Origin: Chiloscyllium plagiosum
Taxonomy: Eukaryota
Direction of reading: 5' to 3'
Assembly (NCBI RefSeq): GCF_004010195.1
Contig: NC_057718.1
Span: forward strand, 37,943,152-38,007,151
DNA length: 64,000 bases
This document shows, piece after piece, positions 38,026-50,550 of this stretch. The notes beneath the pieces were generated by a model that had not been told where the DNA came from, did not search any database, and was given only the letters and a program-made list of their open reading frames with translations. Both the position numbers and the translations under genes were made by a program. Position 1 is the stretch's first letter. Each line of letters starts with the position of its first letter.

Positions 38026-38053
38026 GGGGGCGGGGGGGGGGGGGGGGGGGGGG
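38026..38053 (+). repeat. Poly-G tract (G5-C-G22)
   Basis: Direct reading. Confidence 0.9.
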
Positions 38054-38114
38054 TTCAAGACTATTGCTGCTGTGGTAGATGTTATGTGTGTTTTAAATGT
38101 AATTATTTTACACC

Positions 38115-39295
38115 TCCAACTTGATTGAGTCTTTTGAAGTGACAAAGAAGATTGATGAAGGCAGAGCAGTAAACGTTGTCTACATGTACTTCAGCAAAGT
38201 GCTCAACAAGGGTGCGCATGGTCAACTGGTTGGTAAAGTTAGATAACATGAGATCCAGGGGAGCAAGCCAAATGGATACAAAATTGGCTTGAAGGCAGGA
38301 GACAGAAGGTGGTGCTACAGGGTTGTTTTACGGACGGGAGGCCTATAAACGGTGGTGCGCCACATGAGGGATTGGTGCTGGCCCACTGCTTTTCATCATT
38401 TATATAAAAGATATGGATATGAATATCAGAGGCATGGTTACGAAGTTAGAGGATGACACCAAAATAAGTGATGGAATGGATAGTTCAGAAGGTTACCTCA
38501 GAGTACAACAGGACTTTGATCAGATGGGCCAATGCGTGGGAGATGAGAGATGCGAGTTTAATTTAGATAAATTTGTATTCTGGTAAGGCAAACCAGGGCA
38601 GAACTTATACAGTTCATGGTAAGATCCCGGGGAGTGTTGCCAAACAAAGACACCTGTGAGTTTAGATGCATAGTTTCTTGAAAGTGAAGACGCAGGGAGA
38701 CTAAATTGGTGAAGGCACACTTGCCTTTATTGGTCAGAATATTGAGTAAAGGATTTAGGACATTATGTTGCTTCTGTACAGGTCATTGGTGAGACCACTT
38801 TTAGAGTACTGTGTACAATTCTCTAGGAAGGATGTCATTGAACTTGAGAGATGCTGAAAAGACTTACAAGGGCGTGGCCAGGATGTAAGGCTGAATAGGA
38901 TGGGCCATTTTCCCAGTACGTTGGAGGTTGAAGGGTGACTTTATAGAGGTTTATGAAATCATGAGGCTAAAGGATAGTACAAATAGCCAAGGCCTTCTTC
39001 CTGGGGTGGGGTATCCAAAACTAGAGGACATTAGTTTAAGTTGAGAGGGGCAAGATTTAAAAAAGACCTCAAGTGTAACTTCTTCAAGCAGAGGTTGGTG
39101 TGTGTATGGAATGAGCTGTCCAAGGCAGGTACAATTGCAACATTTAAAAGGTATTTGGATGGGACATGAATTGGAGAAGTTTAGAGGGCAATGGGCCAAA
39201 TGCTGGCAAATGGGATTAGGTCAGATGGGGATGTACAGTCCGTATGGACGAGTTGGACTGAAGGGTCTCTTTGTGTGCTCTATGACTCGATGCGA
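38115..39295 (+). mobile_element. CR1 LINE 3' portion (RT to tail), decayed
   Basis: DEGRAVNVVYM.FSK and DDTK remnants; 3' GGACGAGTTGGACTGAAGGG...CTATGACT. Confidence 0.85.
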
Positions 39296-40247
39296 CTTCT
39301 CTGAAAGTGCTCCAGGTTCTATCCATTCAAGCAGTTTACTTTCATTGCAAATGTAACCTTTTTGCTGCAGAAAGTAGTGCCCTTGCTTTTGAAAGGTTTT
39401 CTCTTCATGAAGTTCAAGACACTTGCATGTCCAGCTGATTATATTGTAAATTCATGAAGTAAAACATCTATCCATTGACATTTTAAGTTTTTTTTTTAAG
39501 ATAACATTTCCATAACAACACAGGTTAGGAAGATTTCCAGAACAAAATGATCAACAAACTATGGAACATGATGGCACTGAAACATAAACTCATTGGTCTG
39601 TGTTGAACCAGACAATTCCAATTAAGATAGTGGTGGCATTAGTGTCTCCTAATTTGGGCTCCAATCCATGATAATAACCATGGTATATCAGTTAACAATA
39701 GGTTGTAGCTGATAGGCTGATGCCCCTGCAGTGAACATACAGAACTTTACACTTACAGTATAAAAGGGATGAACAGGGAGAATTCAGAAGAAAAAAAACT
39801 GGCAGGAAATGATTCAAACCCCGAGACAGAAATCATTCATGCAAGATGATAAACATTTTTCTTATTTTCACAAGAGTCGTAGAGCTCTACAGCACAGAAA
39901 AAGTCTGCGTCAGCCAAAAATAACCATCTTTTATAATCCGATTTTCCAGCTTTTGGCCCAAACATATGTCTTGGCATTGCTAATGGACATCTATATATTT
40001 CTTAAATGTTACAAGAGTTTCTGCCTCTACAAATCTTAAAGGCAGTGAGTTCCAGATTCTCACCTCATTCGGGATGAAAACAAAATATCTTCACCTCCTC
40101 TAAACTTCTTGCCCATAAGATTAAACCTAATCAAAAGACTTGCTGAAAGCCTTTCTGAAAGTCATTCCAGAAAGAAACAAGACTGTTACGTCGAATTAAC
40201 ATGCATGCAGACAACATGGTCAATCATTGTACAAATACTGTACTCAC

Positions 40248-40372
40248 ATCTTCAGGCAATGCTTTAACTAATTCACTATGTGCCATTGGCCTTATGCATA
40301 GCTGATGAACAATTTCACGTTTCAGCTCATCTTCAGCAGACACCTGACCCACTCCCGCAGTATATCTCTCTC
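40248..40372 (-). CDS. UBR2: UBR2 exon 7 of 26 (GERYTAGVGQVSAEDELKREIVHQLCIRPMAHSELVKALPED)
   Basis: CAG acceptor, GTGAGT donor, 125 nt, phase 1 to 0. Confidence 0.94.
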
Positions 40373-40687
40373 CTGCACAACAAAGATAAAATAATACTCA
40401 CTAAAGTTAAGGCTGCAATGAGAAACAAGCATAATTAATGTCATGTGTGAAACTAGATTTCTTTCTCCACCTAGAGCATCTTTACTTAATTCACACCAGA
40501 TATCAGTCAATAAAAGAGAAAGCCTGTTAGAAAGGAGCTCTATCCCTGATAATGCTATCTTAATGAACTGAAGAAATAAAGTTACTCCTACTCTCCTGGC
40601 ATTAAATTATGTCAAGCTGAGTCAAGTGACAAGCGTCAAATTTGAGAAAACATCTTGAGTAGTCATTGCAAAAAATGTGCATCTTAC

Positions 40688-40751
40688 CAACCACCATTAT
40701 GATCAAGTGAAGCATTTCTTCTATCAGAGTATTGTTTTGTTGCAGGACATC
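40688..40751 (-). CDS. UBR2: UBR2 exon 6 of 26 (DVLQQNNTLIEEMLHLIIMVV)
   Basis: CAG acceptor, GTAAGA donor, 64 nt, phase 0 to 1. Confidence 0.94.
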
Positions 40752-40879
40752 CTGAAAATGTAAAGTTTAATAAGAATGCAGAGTAATTAATACCCTCAGT
40801 AATAAACTTCCATATGAAATGTAAAAATGGAAAACAAACAAAGAGTCTTAACCCTACTTCCAGACTTTGAACAAACTTG

Positions 40880-42140
40880 ACACTTGGAAAGGCAAGGACT
40901 GATTAGGGATAGTCAGCATGGCTTTATGCTTGGGAAATCATGTCTCACAAACTTGACTAAGATTTTTTTAAAGAAGTTACAAAGAGGATTGATGAGGGCA
41001 GAACAGTAGATGTGATCTATATGAATTTCAGTAAGGCATTTGACGAGGTTGCCCATGGTGGACTGGTTAGCAAGGTTAGATCACATGGAATACAGGGAGA
41101 ACTTGTCATTTGGATACAGAACTGGCGTAAAGGTAGAAGACAGAGGGTGGTGGTGGAGGGTTGCCAATAGTATGAAACAAGGTTCGGTGTTGGGTCCATT
41201 GCTTTTCGTCATTAAAATAAATAATTTGGATGTGAACAGTTAGTAAGTTTGCAGACGACACCAAAATTGGAGTTGACAGCGAACAAGGTTATCTCACAGT
41301 TCAACGGGATCTTGATTAGATGGACAATGGGCTGAGGAGTGGCAGATGGAGCTTAATTTGGATAAATGTGAAGTGCTGCATTTTGGAATAGCAAATCAGA
41401 GCAGGACTTATACACTTAATGGTTAGGTCCTGGAGGGTATTGCCGAACAAAGATACCTTGGAGTGTAGTTCATAATTCCGTGAATGTAAAGGCACAGGGA
41501 GATAGGATAGTGAAGATGACATGTGGTATGTTTTGCTTTATTGGTCAGAGCATTGAGTTTTGGAGTTGGGAGGTCATGCCACAGCTGTACAGGACATTGG
41601 TTAGGCCACTGTTGGAATATTGTGTGCAATTCTGGTCTCCTTCTTATCAGAAGGATGTTGTGAAACTTGAAAGGGTTCAGAAAAGATTTACAAGGATGTT
41701 GCCAGGTTTGGAGGATTTGAACTATAGGGAGAAGTTGAATATGCTGGGGCTGTTTTCCTTGGAGTGTCGGAGGCTGAGGGGTGACCTTATAGGGGTTTAT
41801 AAAATTATGAGGGGCATGGATAAGATAAATAGACAAAGTCTTTTCCCTGGGGTGGAGGAGTCCAGAACTAGAGGGTATAGATTTACGGTGAGAGGGGAAA
41901 AATATAAAAGGGACCAAAGGGGCAACATGTTCACGCAGAGGATGGTGCGTGTGTGGAATGAGCTGCCAGAGGAAGTGATGCAGGCTAGTACAATTACAGC
42001 ATTGAAAAAACAACTGGATGGGTATATGAATAGGAAGAGTTTAAAGGGATATGGGCTAAGTGTTGGCAAATGGGACTAGACTAGGTTAAGACATCTGGTC
42101 AGCATGGACGAGTTGGACCAAAGGATCTATGACTCCATAC
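40880..42140 (+). mobile_element. CR1 LINE 3' portion (RT to tail)
   Basis: ORF 41480..42079 (LVRPLLEYCVQFWSP...LERVQKRFTRMLPG); QGSVLGP; FADD. Confidence 0.92.
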
Positions 42141-42221
42141 TTAAGCAACATAAAGAAATGCACTGGTATCGTCATTTTTTTGAAGAAGAATTTTTGATTA
42201 AGAAAAGCTTTTCAACTTCAC

Positions 42222-42344
42222 CTTGTTGGTGTGTTCAGAATTAAATCTTTTGCCATAGTCAGGACTATTAAATATATGATATAACTCAAATCGACAAAGC
42301 ATAATCATTAGAAAATGGTTTGGATCCATCATAGATGCTCCAGC
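42222..42344 (-). CDS. UBR2: UBR2 exon 5 of 26 (AGASMMDPNHFLMIMLCRFELYHIFNSPDYGKRFNSEHTNK)
   Basis: CAG acceptor, GTGAAG donor, 123 nt; overlaps ORF 42198..42395. Confidence 0.94.
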
Positions 42345-42824
42345 CTGAAAAAACAAAATGTACAACAGCATTTTTGATAATTTTATAACATCCATTAATA
42401 CATCACAAACTCCAAATGTCCAGAGGCAGAGAAATCAAAAACGTTCTTATGCGACTGAACCAAAGAATAACTGGGCAGTAATGGTGCATTCAGACTGTTG
42501 CCAAACACAGCTCTTCTGAAGGTAACAAACCTGCACTGTAGATGGCAAAGTAATACAGTTGCCCAACATTCTAACCCATTCAACCCATCTTTTACAGATG
42601 AAAAATGATTTAAACATCAGAAATTGGTACAGATCATCCAAGTAATGCTGGACATTTGTGTCACCAACTACAAAATCACAAAGCACAGATTTAAGACAAG
42701 TGCATTCAATTTAATGTTGCAGAAGGCCAAAATCCTTTGCAAATAACTATTCTAAATTATATGATACTGTTCGAAATCTCATTCGTCATTTTTGTAATAC
42801 TTTAGCTGGGATGAAGGCTCTTAC

Positions 42825-42890
42825 CTGGAGCATTATTAAGTCTTTATCATACATTTCCACTCTGCATTTCACATTGTGATAATAATAGAT
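42825..42890 (-). CDS. UBR2: UBR2 exon 4 of 26 (IYYYHNVKCRVEMYDKDLIMLQ)
   Basis: TAG acceptor, GTAAGA donor, 66 nt. Confidence 0.94.
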
Positions 42891-44279
42891 CTAGAAAAAA
42901 ACAGCAAAAAGGACCAAGTATTTGACAGTTCAATGATTTGTGGGCTACAGAAACACATATAACATAGAGGATTTTCGAACTAAAGAACCAAAATTTAGAA
43001 AATCCTCTATGTTGCTCTCAGGTTCATATCTTGAATATTAAAACTTCTCTTGTATTTAGGATGTGATGACCATTGTTATATTATTGCTTCAATCCCACGG
43101 GAAGAGGCTGTCATAGGGACTATATCTTATTTCACGTTTCATAATTTGGTACGACTACTAATGTTCTAATGGGACATTCAAGAGATTCTCATGCTGACAA
43201 TCTTCTCTTTTCCAAATCAATTTATTTTGTAATGAATTGAAGGGAATAAATTAGTCAGATGCGTAGTGAGCCAATACAATACACAGACAAACAAACCAGC
43301 TTATCGGTCCAATGAGTAAAGTGGCCAACTGGTAACAATTAACCCAATGGTTCAAATTCCATTATGGTAGCTGATGGAATTTGAGTTCAATGAATAAAAA
43401 CAAAATTAAAAGCTCATCTAATATTGACTAAACAATCTTGTTAATTGTCATGAAAATCCATCTGCTCCACTAGTGTCCTCAATGGAAGGAAACTTGCTGT
43501 TCTTAGTTGGTCTGGCTGACATGTGACAATAGACCCAATCTCCAGAACCACAATGTGGTTGACTTGGTCCTCTGAAATGGCTTAACAAGCAGTCATCTGT
43601 ATAAAACCAAACCAAAAGAATCAAAATGGACAGACCACTTCACAGTGAGCAAAACATCATAACTGACAATGGGAAACTCTGCCAAGACAACCATACTATA
43701 TCCTACTTTCTCACACGAGGGCTTGTGCCAAAACTTTTACACTTGTTGTTCAGACAAGTCAAACAATAACAAGTGCAATAAAGATACTACCTTTGATGCC
43801 ACCATTACCATTCTGGGTCTCCTGCTCCACCACCAGAGGTGGTATACAGTTGAACAGAGTTGCTCTGAGTGCACTCAACTTTGACACAAGAATGCACAAA
43901 GTCTCAAGACATCATATGAACCACAGACAAGGCAACCACTTATTGATTACCACGAACAGCAGTTCAAAAGGTGGCTCAGTACCATCTTCTCAAGGGCAAT
44001 TTGAGACGGAGAATAAATTCTGGTCAAGTCCACAACATTCATAATTCTGCACCAATAACAAAAGGTCAGATATAATTGCACATAGAATTCTATTGTCCCC
44101 TATAAAATTTGGAACCTTAAATAAATACTTGTATGCTCATTTATAATCAAAACATTGTTAATGGCCCAAAACCAGGTCATAATGTTTAAAGAAATACATA
44201 TAATCAGCAAGTAGCCAACAAAACTACACCACAGATTCTTTTAACAATGGTAAACTCTGCCAAGACTACCATACTATAT

Positions 44280-45407
44280 GGTATTGGGGCAAAGTACTGA
44301 CTTGGATTGAAAATTGGTTGGCTGACAGGAAACAAAGATGGAAATGTGTTGCTGGAAAAGCGCAGCAGGTCAGACAGCATCGAGGGAACAGGAGAATCGA
44401 CGTTTCGGGCATTAGCCTTTCTTCAGGCTAATGCCCGAAACGTCGATTCTCCTGTTCCCTAGATGCTGCCTGACCTGTTGCGCTTTTCCAGCAACACATT
44501 TCCATCTCTGATCTCCAGCATCTGCAGACCTCACTTTCTCCTGACAGGAAACAAAGAGTAGTGATAAACGGCTCCCTTTCGGAATGGCAGGCGGTGACCA
44601 GTGGGGTACCGCAGGGATCAGCGCTGGGACCGCAGCTTTTGACAATATATATGAATGATATAGAAGATGGTATTAATAGTAACATTAGCAAATTTGCTGA
44701 TGATACAAAGTTGAATGGCAGGGTGAAATGTGAGGAGGATGTTAGGAGATTACAGGGTGACCTGGACAGGTTAGGTGAGTGAACAGATGCATGGCAGATG
44801 CAGTTTAATGTGGATAAATGTATGGTTATCCACTTTGGTGACAAGAACAGGAAAGCAGATTACTACCTAAAAGGAGTCAAGTTAGATAAAGGGACAGTAC
44901 AACGAGATCTGGGTGTTCTTGTACACCAGTCAATGAAGGCAAGCATGCAGGTACAGCAGGTCGTGAAGAAAGCTAATAACATGCTGGCCTTCATAACAAG
45001 AAGCATTGAGTATAGAAGCAAAGAGGTTCTTCTGCAGCTGTACAGGGCCCTGGTGAGACCGCACCTGGAATATTGTGTGCAGTTCTGGTCTCCAAATTTG
45101 AGGAAAGACATGAACCAGAGGGCACAGCTTAAAAATAAGGGGTAGGCCATTTAGGACAGAGATGAGGAGAAACTTCTTCACCCAGAGAGTGGTGGGTATA
45201 TGGAATGCTCTGCCCCAGAAGGCAGTGGAGGCCCAGTCTCTGGATTCGTTTAAGAAAGAGCTGGATAGACCTCTCAAGGATAGTGGAATCAAGGGTTATG
45301 GAAATAAGGCAGGAACGGGATACTGATTGAGGATGATCAGCCATGATCATGAATGGTGGTGCAGGCTCGAAGGGCAGAATGGCCTACTCCTGCACCTACT
45401 GTCTATA
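44280..45407 (+). mobile_element. 5' truncated CR1 LINE with an internal deletion near 45110, interrupted at 44339-44540
   Basis: GVPQGSALGP, FADD, LVRPHLEYCVQFWSP; sequence jumps from RKD directly to the RGHSL region; CR1 3' UTR. Confidence 0.92.
44339..44540. mobile_element. Fold-back Penelope-type mini element, family A, inside CR1
   Basis: Inverted arms; 17-bp direct repeat CTGACAGGAAACAAAGA (44322-44338 and 44541-44557); minus-strand core CTGAAGA-AAGGCTAATGCCC-GAAACGTC. Confidence 0.85.
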
Positions 45408-45989
45408 AAATCAACCTTAATTGGAAATGCAAAATAATTAGACAGGAAAAGCATCATCATCTTTACACAATGGCTAAGACAGGCTTTTTGCTACAAAGTC
45501 AGTTCACTTTCTATTCTACACCATCTCAGCCTGACCCTTGGAGATTTTTTTTATCTACTGAAATCTTTAAAATTCATCCCAACTTGGGAGCAACTCAAAA
45601 GGTATGTTACCATTCTCTGGAATTCATGCTGATTTCACTTGTGTTCCAGCTAATCGCAAAGATACAATATTCTGCTGTGATCCTTCCATTAGCTTTTGGT
45701 TAAAAAACTCTAATTTTGCACTGCTCGAGCACAGGTCGACCTGCAACTTCTGTCAGCAGAAAACATATCTAACCGCCCCCTCTATGATTTTAAACTGCAA
45801 CTAAGCTGCTTTTCTCAGAACTTCAAAAGCAACAAGATTTACTATCTTTTATTAAATGAATGGTTTACTGTGGATTTCTTTCTTAAATCCCCTTTCCAAC
45901 TTGGTCTTGTCCTCATTTACAGCTTCCAGTTGTTGTATGACAGATTTATCATTTATTCTATTTCAGCATTAGACCTTGTTTTATAAGGC

Positions 45990-46540
45990 ACAGGATTGGA
46001 AGGCCATTTGGCACATCAGGTCCACTCCGCTATTTAAATCATGGCTGATGGGCATTTCAATTCTACTTACCCACACTCTCCCTGTAGCCCTTAAATTCTT
46101 GATCTCGCAAGGAATTACCAATCTCTGCCTTGAAGCCATTTAACGTCCCACCCTTCACTGCACTCTGTGGCAATGAATTCTATAGATCCATCACTCTCTG
46201 GCTAAAGAAATTCCATTCTAAATTGACCCCCTCTAATTCTAAGGCTGTGCCCACGGGTCCTCGTCTCCACACCTAATGGAAACAAATTCCCAGCATCCAC
46301 CCTTTCTAAGCCATGCATTATTTTGCAAGCTTCTATTGGATCTCCCCTCAACTTTCTATACTCTAACGAATACAATCCCAGAATCCTCAGCCGTTCATCG
46401 TATGTTAGGCCTACCATTCTAGGGATCATCCGTGTGAATCTCCGCTGGACATGCTCCATTGCCATTATGTCCTTCCTGAGGTGTGGGGTCCAGAATTGTT
46501 CTAAATGAGGCCTAACGAGAGCTTTATAAAGTCTCTCCAG
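45990..46540 (-). mobile_element. CR1 LINE 3' fragment
   Basis: ORF 46202..46546 (LYKALVRPHLE..VQRRFTRMIP). Confidence 0.88.
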
Positions 46541-46894
46541 TTTCAATGACTCAAAGATTAGTCTCTTAGCTGCTTTTCCAAATATTAATTATTACGGCTT
46601 AACTGAATTTCCAAAAAAACTCAAAAATAAAGACTCTCATTTAGCTACATGATGATGCAACACATATGGCACATGGACTCAAGTTTAATTAGAGTGGCCA
46701 GCTTTTACTTACAAAATTTGCATGGAGAATAACTTGAGGATTGAATACAATCAAGTATTACTATCATACAGGATTTGCTGATAATTATCAAGTGCTGATA
46801 AAAGATAATTCAACATTTAAAAATTATTAGATTTCATGACAAATTTCACTTTCAAGATCCAAGAATAGTTTATTACTGTAACAATCCTGGAACA

Positions 46895-47460
46895 TGTGAA
46901 TGTAAGAACTAGGAGCAGGCTAATCACAATGTGTTCATGCCTGATTTGTCATTCAATACATTTGTGGCCACTCTTGGGTTTCAACAGTACACTGCCATCA
47001 GCTTTCAATAAGTTTCAATTCCCTGAGACATCAAAAATGTCAATCCCTGTCTTAAATGTATTCAACTGTGGCACATCCACAATGCTCTGGGGGTAGAATA
47101 TTCCAAAGATTCCAAACCATTTCATTGAAGAAATTTCTTCTCATCTCAGTCCTAAATGATTAGCCCTTGTTCATAAAACCTAAAATTTATCAATGAGATC
47201 ATCTCTCAGAATACTGATGTACTGTATTCAAAATCTCATCATTAGACAAACTGCTCATCCCAGAGGGCCGACTGAGTGAGTATTTAAGTATGTCCTTCCT
47301 TTCAAGGGAGACAAAATTGCACACAATATTCCAGGTGCGGTCTCACCAAAGCTCTGGAGAAGCGTGACAGACTTCCTTAGGTGTGTACTACAAACCCTTG
47401 ACAAAACGTCAACATGCCACTAATTTTCCTAATTGCTTGATATATCTGCACACTTACTTG
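46895..47460 (-). mobile_element. Decayed CR1 3' fragment
   Basis: Minus strand LVRPHLEYCVQF remnant and CR1 3' UTR; a similar small piece lies at 49260-49580. Confidence 0.7.
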
Positions 47461-48666
47461 TGCTCCTTATGTATGTATTTTTGGGCATCAATTAATTTCA
47501 CAACCTTAAAACAAAAACTGTATTATGAAGGCTTCAGATTTCATTTTCTTGAGGGCTTGAATTTTGAAGGATCATTGAAAAATGGATTTATTTCGAGTTC
47601 AGTGGAGAAACATACGTTTTTTTTATAAAGGGGATCAATGAAAAGAACACTTCTAGGAAAATATATGACTTAAGCAAATTGGTGAGAGTCACATCTCCAA
47701 AAGTACCTGCTGGGGTGTTATGGCTGTCTTGTTTGAAAAGTGTTTTGTTATAAGATTGCTTGTTTTCCAATTGGTGAAAAAAAACATGTTTACAGAAAGG
47801 CTCCCTGCTCGTATCACTCCTATTTCTGAAACACCTTTATTGTGAGTCCAATGTGAAACCTTACTTTCTTCTTGAACAGTGGCTGAAAGACCTCCTGAGA
47901 CCATGTTTCCTTAGCAAACCCCATATGCCAAGACCCCAGAGACAGCTGTGCATGTCCAATGATGTGTCTGTGCTTGTCAGAGCACCACACTGACAGCAAT
48001 CTGAGTGTTCCGCATCTTGTCCTTATTTTTGAGCATTTGGAAATTAATCATTATTGGTGAAAATTGCTCCCCTACCAAATTAACCTCTGCAGAGAGAAAT
48101 CCATTTTTCGCCCCTCTCTCCAAGATATGTGCACATGTTGTACATGTGTCTGATGTCTTTTTGGGTGGAGGACAGAAAGGGAAAGTATGTGTATTCCGAT
48201 TACAAACCATGTGCTGACCAGTTTTAACCCTCATTGAATAGCTTTTCTTTTAAAGTAAATCAGGATGTCTGTATTTATTGAAAAAGTCTGGTTAATGGAT
48301 CATTTTGCTCTAATATGGAAAGCGCATCCAATAGTCAATGTTAGGAAATAGATAAGACAATTAAATAGATGTTGCATCCCAGACAGTAATTGAACTAAAC
48401 AGAGAGAGTACACTGTACCATCTTGGTCAGAACATCTCTGCTTGGAGAGTAGCATTTAAAAGAAAATGCAGTTGTTACACAGAGAGCCTGATATGTTAAG
48501 TGCATTTCTGATTTTGCAGAACATTATTTATCACATCAGCCATGTGTAAAGCTTGAAAAATATTTACATTTATGTAACTAAAATCTCTGTAATCATTACT
48601 TGTTCTGATAGTAAAACATTCTACGTTACAAAATTCAATCTAAATAATGTTATGATTGAAATTTAC

Positions 48667-48777
48667 CTGATTAACGAGGGAGAAACCATTTCTCCGCCAC
48701 ATTCCAGCGTGTACTTGTGCACAGAGCACCATGCAGTGAAGTGGATGTTCTATTAACAATGGTGGGCTCAGTTCACT
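48667..48777 (-). CDS. UBR2: UBR2 exon 3 of 26 ([37 protein letters not shown])
   Basis: CAG acceptor, GTAAAT donor, 111 nt, phase 0 to 0. Confidence 0.95.
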
Positions 48778-50241
48778 CTGTGGACAATTGATTTAAAAAG
48801 GTCAACTATTGAAGCACAAGTAAGTGGTCAAGAATTAAATGACAACTAAGAATAAGCCTTTACAATTTCTACTGACTCAAGTGAAATAAAACAAATGAGC
48901 TACAAAAAGGCATCAATATGGAAAAGAGAATCTAGCTTTGTAGCTTTCTGCCCCTGCAGGAAAATCAGCTTGGATTTTGAACATGTCCTAGGTAGCTGTA
49001 CCGGACTTAAAAAGCATTACAAAATCTGAACTCTTTGATGTCAAGCCAGTTTGCAATTTTTCATCTCACATCCTGCAATCTGTGACCTGAGCGAACACTT
49101 TCAGAGAAAATTGGAACACAAGTACAAATATTTCTAAGAAATTCAAGTAAAAATCTTTTGAGGCTGAGTCATAAAATGAAAAATCCATAATTCTTCATGT
49201 GATTTAGGGAAGAGAAATTATCTTTTGGCAAGGGTAGCTCCTCCTAATTGCCACCCAACAATTATGAACATACACACAAGAAGTAAGAGTAGACCACTGA
49301 GCTTCTCAAGCCTGCACCTCAATTCAATACCATCATGGATGATCTGATTTCAAACTCAACTTGCATTTCTATATATCCCTGATAATCTTTAACCTCTTTG
49401 GTAATTAAGCATCTCGTTACTTCTGCCTTAAAAAGATTTTGCATACAGGGCCTTTAGAAGAAAGCCCTCAGAATAAACAATATTTCTTCATCTTGGTCTT
49501 AATGGGCAACCTCTTTTAAACAATGATCCCTCTTTTCAGATTCTCTCACAAGAGAATCTTTTGACATCCACCTGAACACCATTGCCCAGTGATTATCTGA
49601 AGCAGCGTTCATCAGAAAAGCATGGACCAAACATGATCAATTCATTTCCAAACACCACCAGCTTCTACAAAATATACTTAAATAACTAACAAATGAAAAG
49701 ATCCAGTTAAACAGCATAGGTGCTGACGAATTAAAAGCACTAACATACCTTTACAGTCAAAGAATGTGTTAATATTATACGGCTGCTTTAGTTTAACCCA
49801 GTGTAAAAACATACAGAGAAGGATCATATTACATGAAGCAATTTATAAAAGGTCAAGTCACAAACGCTGGAAATAGACAGCAGGTCTGAGTATAGAAGGT
49901 TCAGAGAGGGATTCAAAAGCAATAAATATAAACAGAGAGAGATTATGAGAAAAGACTGCCACCGAATACACAGATAATCAAAAAGTCTTCTCTACATAAA
50001 TAAATTAGTGTGAGGCCAATTAGGTACCAAAAAGGGGATGTGCACATGCAGCATGGCTGAAGTGTGAAATAAGCATTTTGCAACTGTCTTCACCATGGAA
50101 GAAAAGGTTGCACAAGAAGAAAAAGGAGGTAGTACAGACACTGACAACAAGGAGATACAAGGTAAGCCATCAACATTTAAAAGTTGATATGGTACGTGGA
50201 CTGGATGAGGTGCATTTAAGAATATTAAGGGGAGTATTTGT

Positions 50242-50550
50242 GGGCGGCACAGTGGCACAGTGGTTAGCACTGCTGCCTCTCAGCGCCAGAGACCCGGGTT
50301 CAATTCCCACCTCAGGCGACTGACTGTGTGGAGTTTGCACGTTCTCCCAGTGTCGGCGTGGGTTTCCTCCAGGTGCTCCGGTTTCCTCCCACAGTCCAAA
50401 GATGTGCAGCTCAGGTGAATTGGCCATGCTAAATTGCCCGTAGTGTTAGCTAAGGGGTAAATGTAGGGGTATGGGTGGGTTGCGCTTCGGCGGGTTGGTG
50501 TGGACTTGTTGGGCCGAAGGGCCTGTTTCCACATGTAATGTAATCTAATC
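50242..50550 (+). mobile_element. HE1-like V-SINE, full length, in a decayed CR1 (about 49900-50690)
   Basis: GGGCGGCACAGTGGCACAGTGGTTAGCAC...GGGCCGAAGGGCCTGTTTCCACA(TAATC)n. Confidence 0.92.

Noticed and set aside
38006..38030. CTGATGA before the poly-G tract as another hammerhead
   Set aside because: No GAAA box or stem I/III follows.
47690..48300. Possible LTR relic (also 37400-38100)
   Set aside because: The composition is suggestive, but I could not identify termini or TSDs.
50242..50320. tRNA genes at SINE heads
   Set aside because: The A/B boxes continue into the V-domain and LINE-like tail; these are SINEs without a complete cloverleaf.
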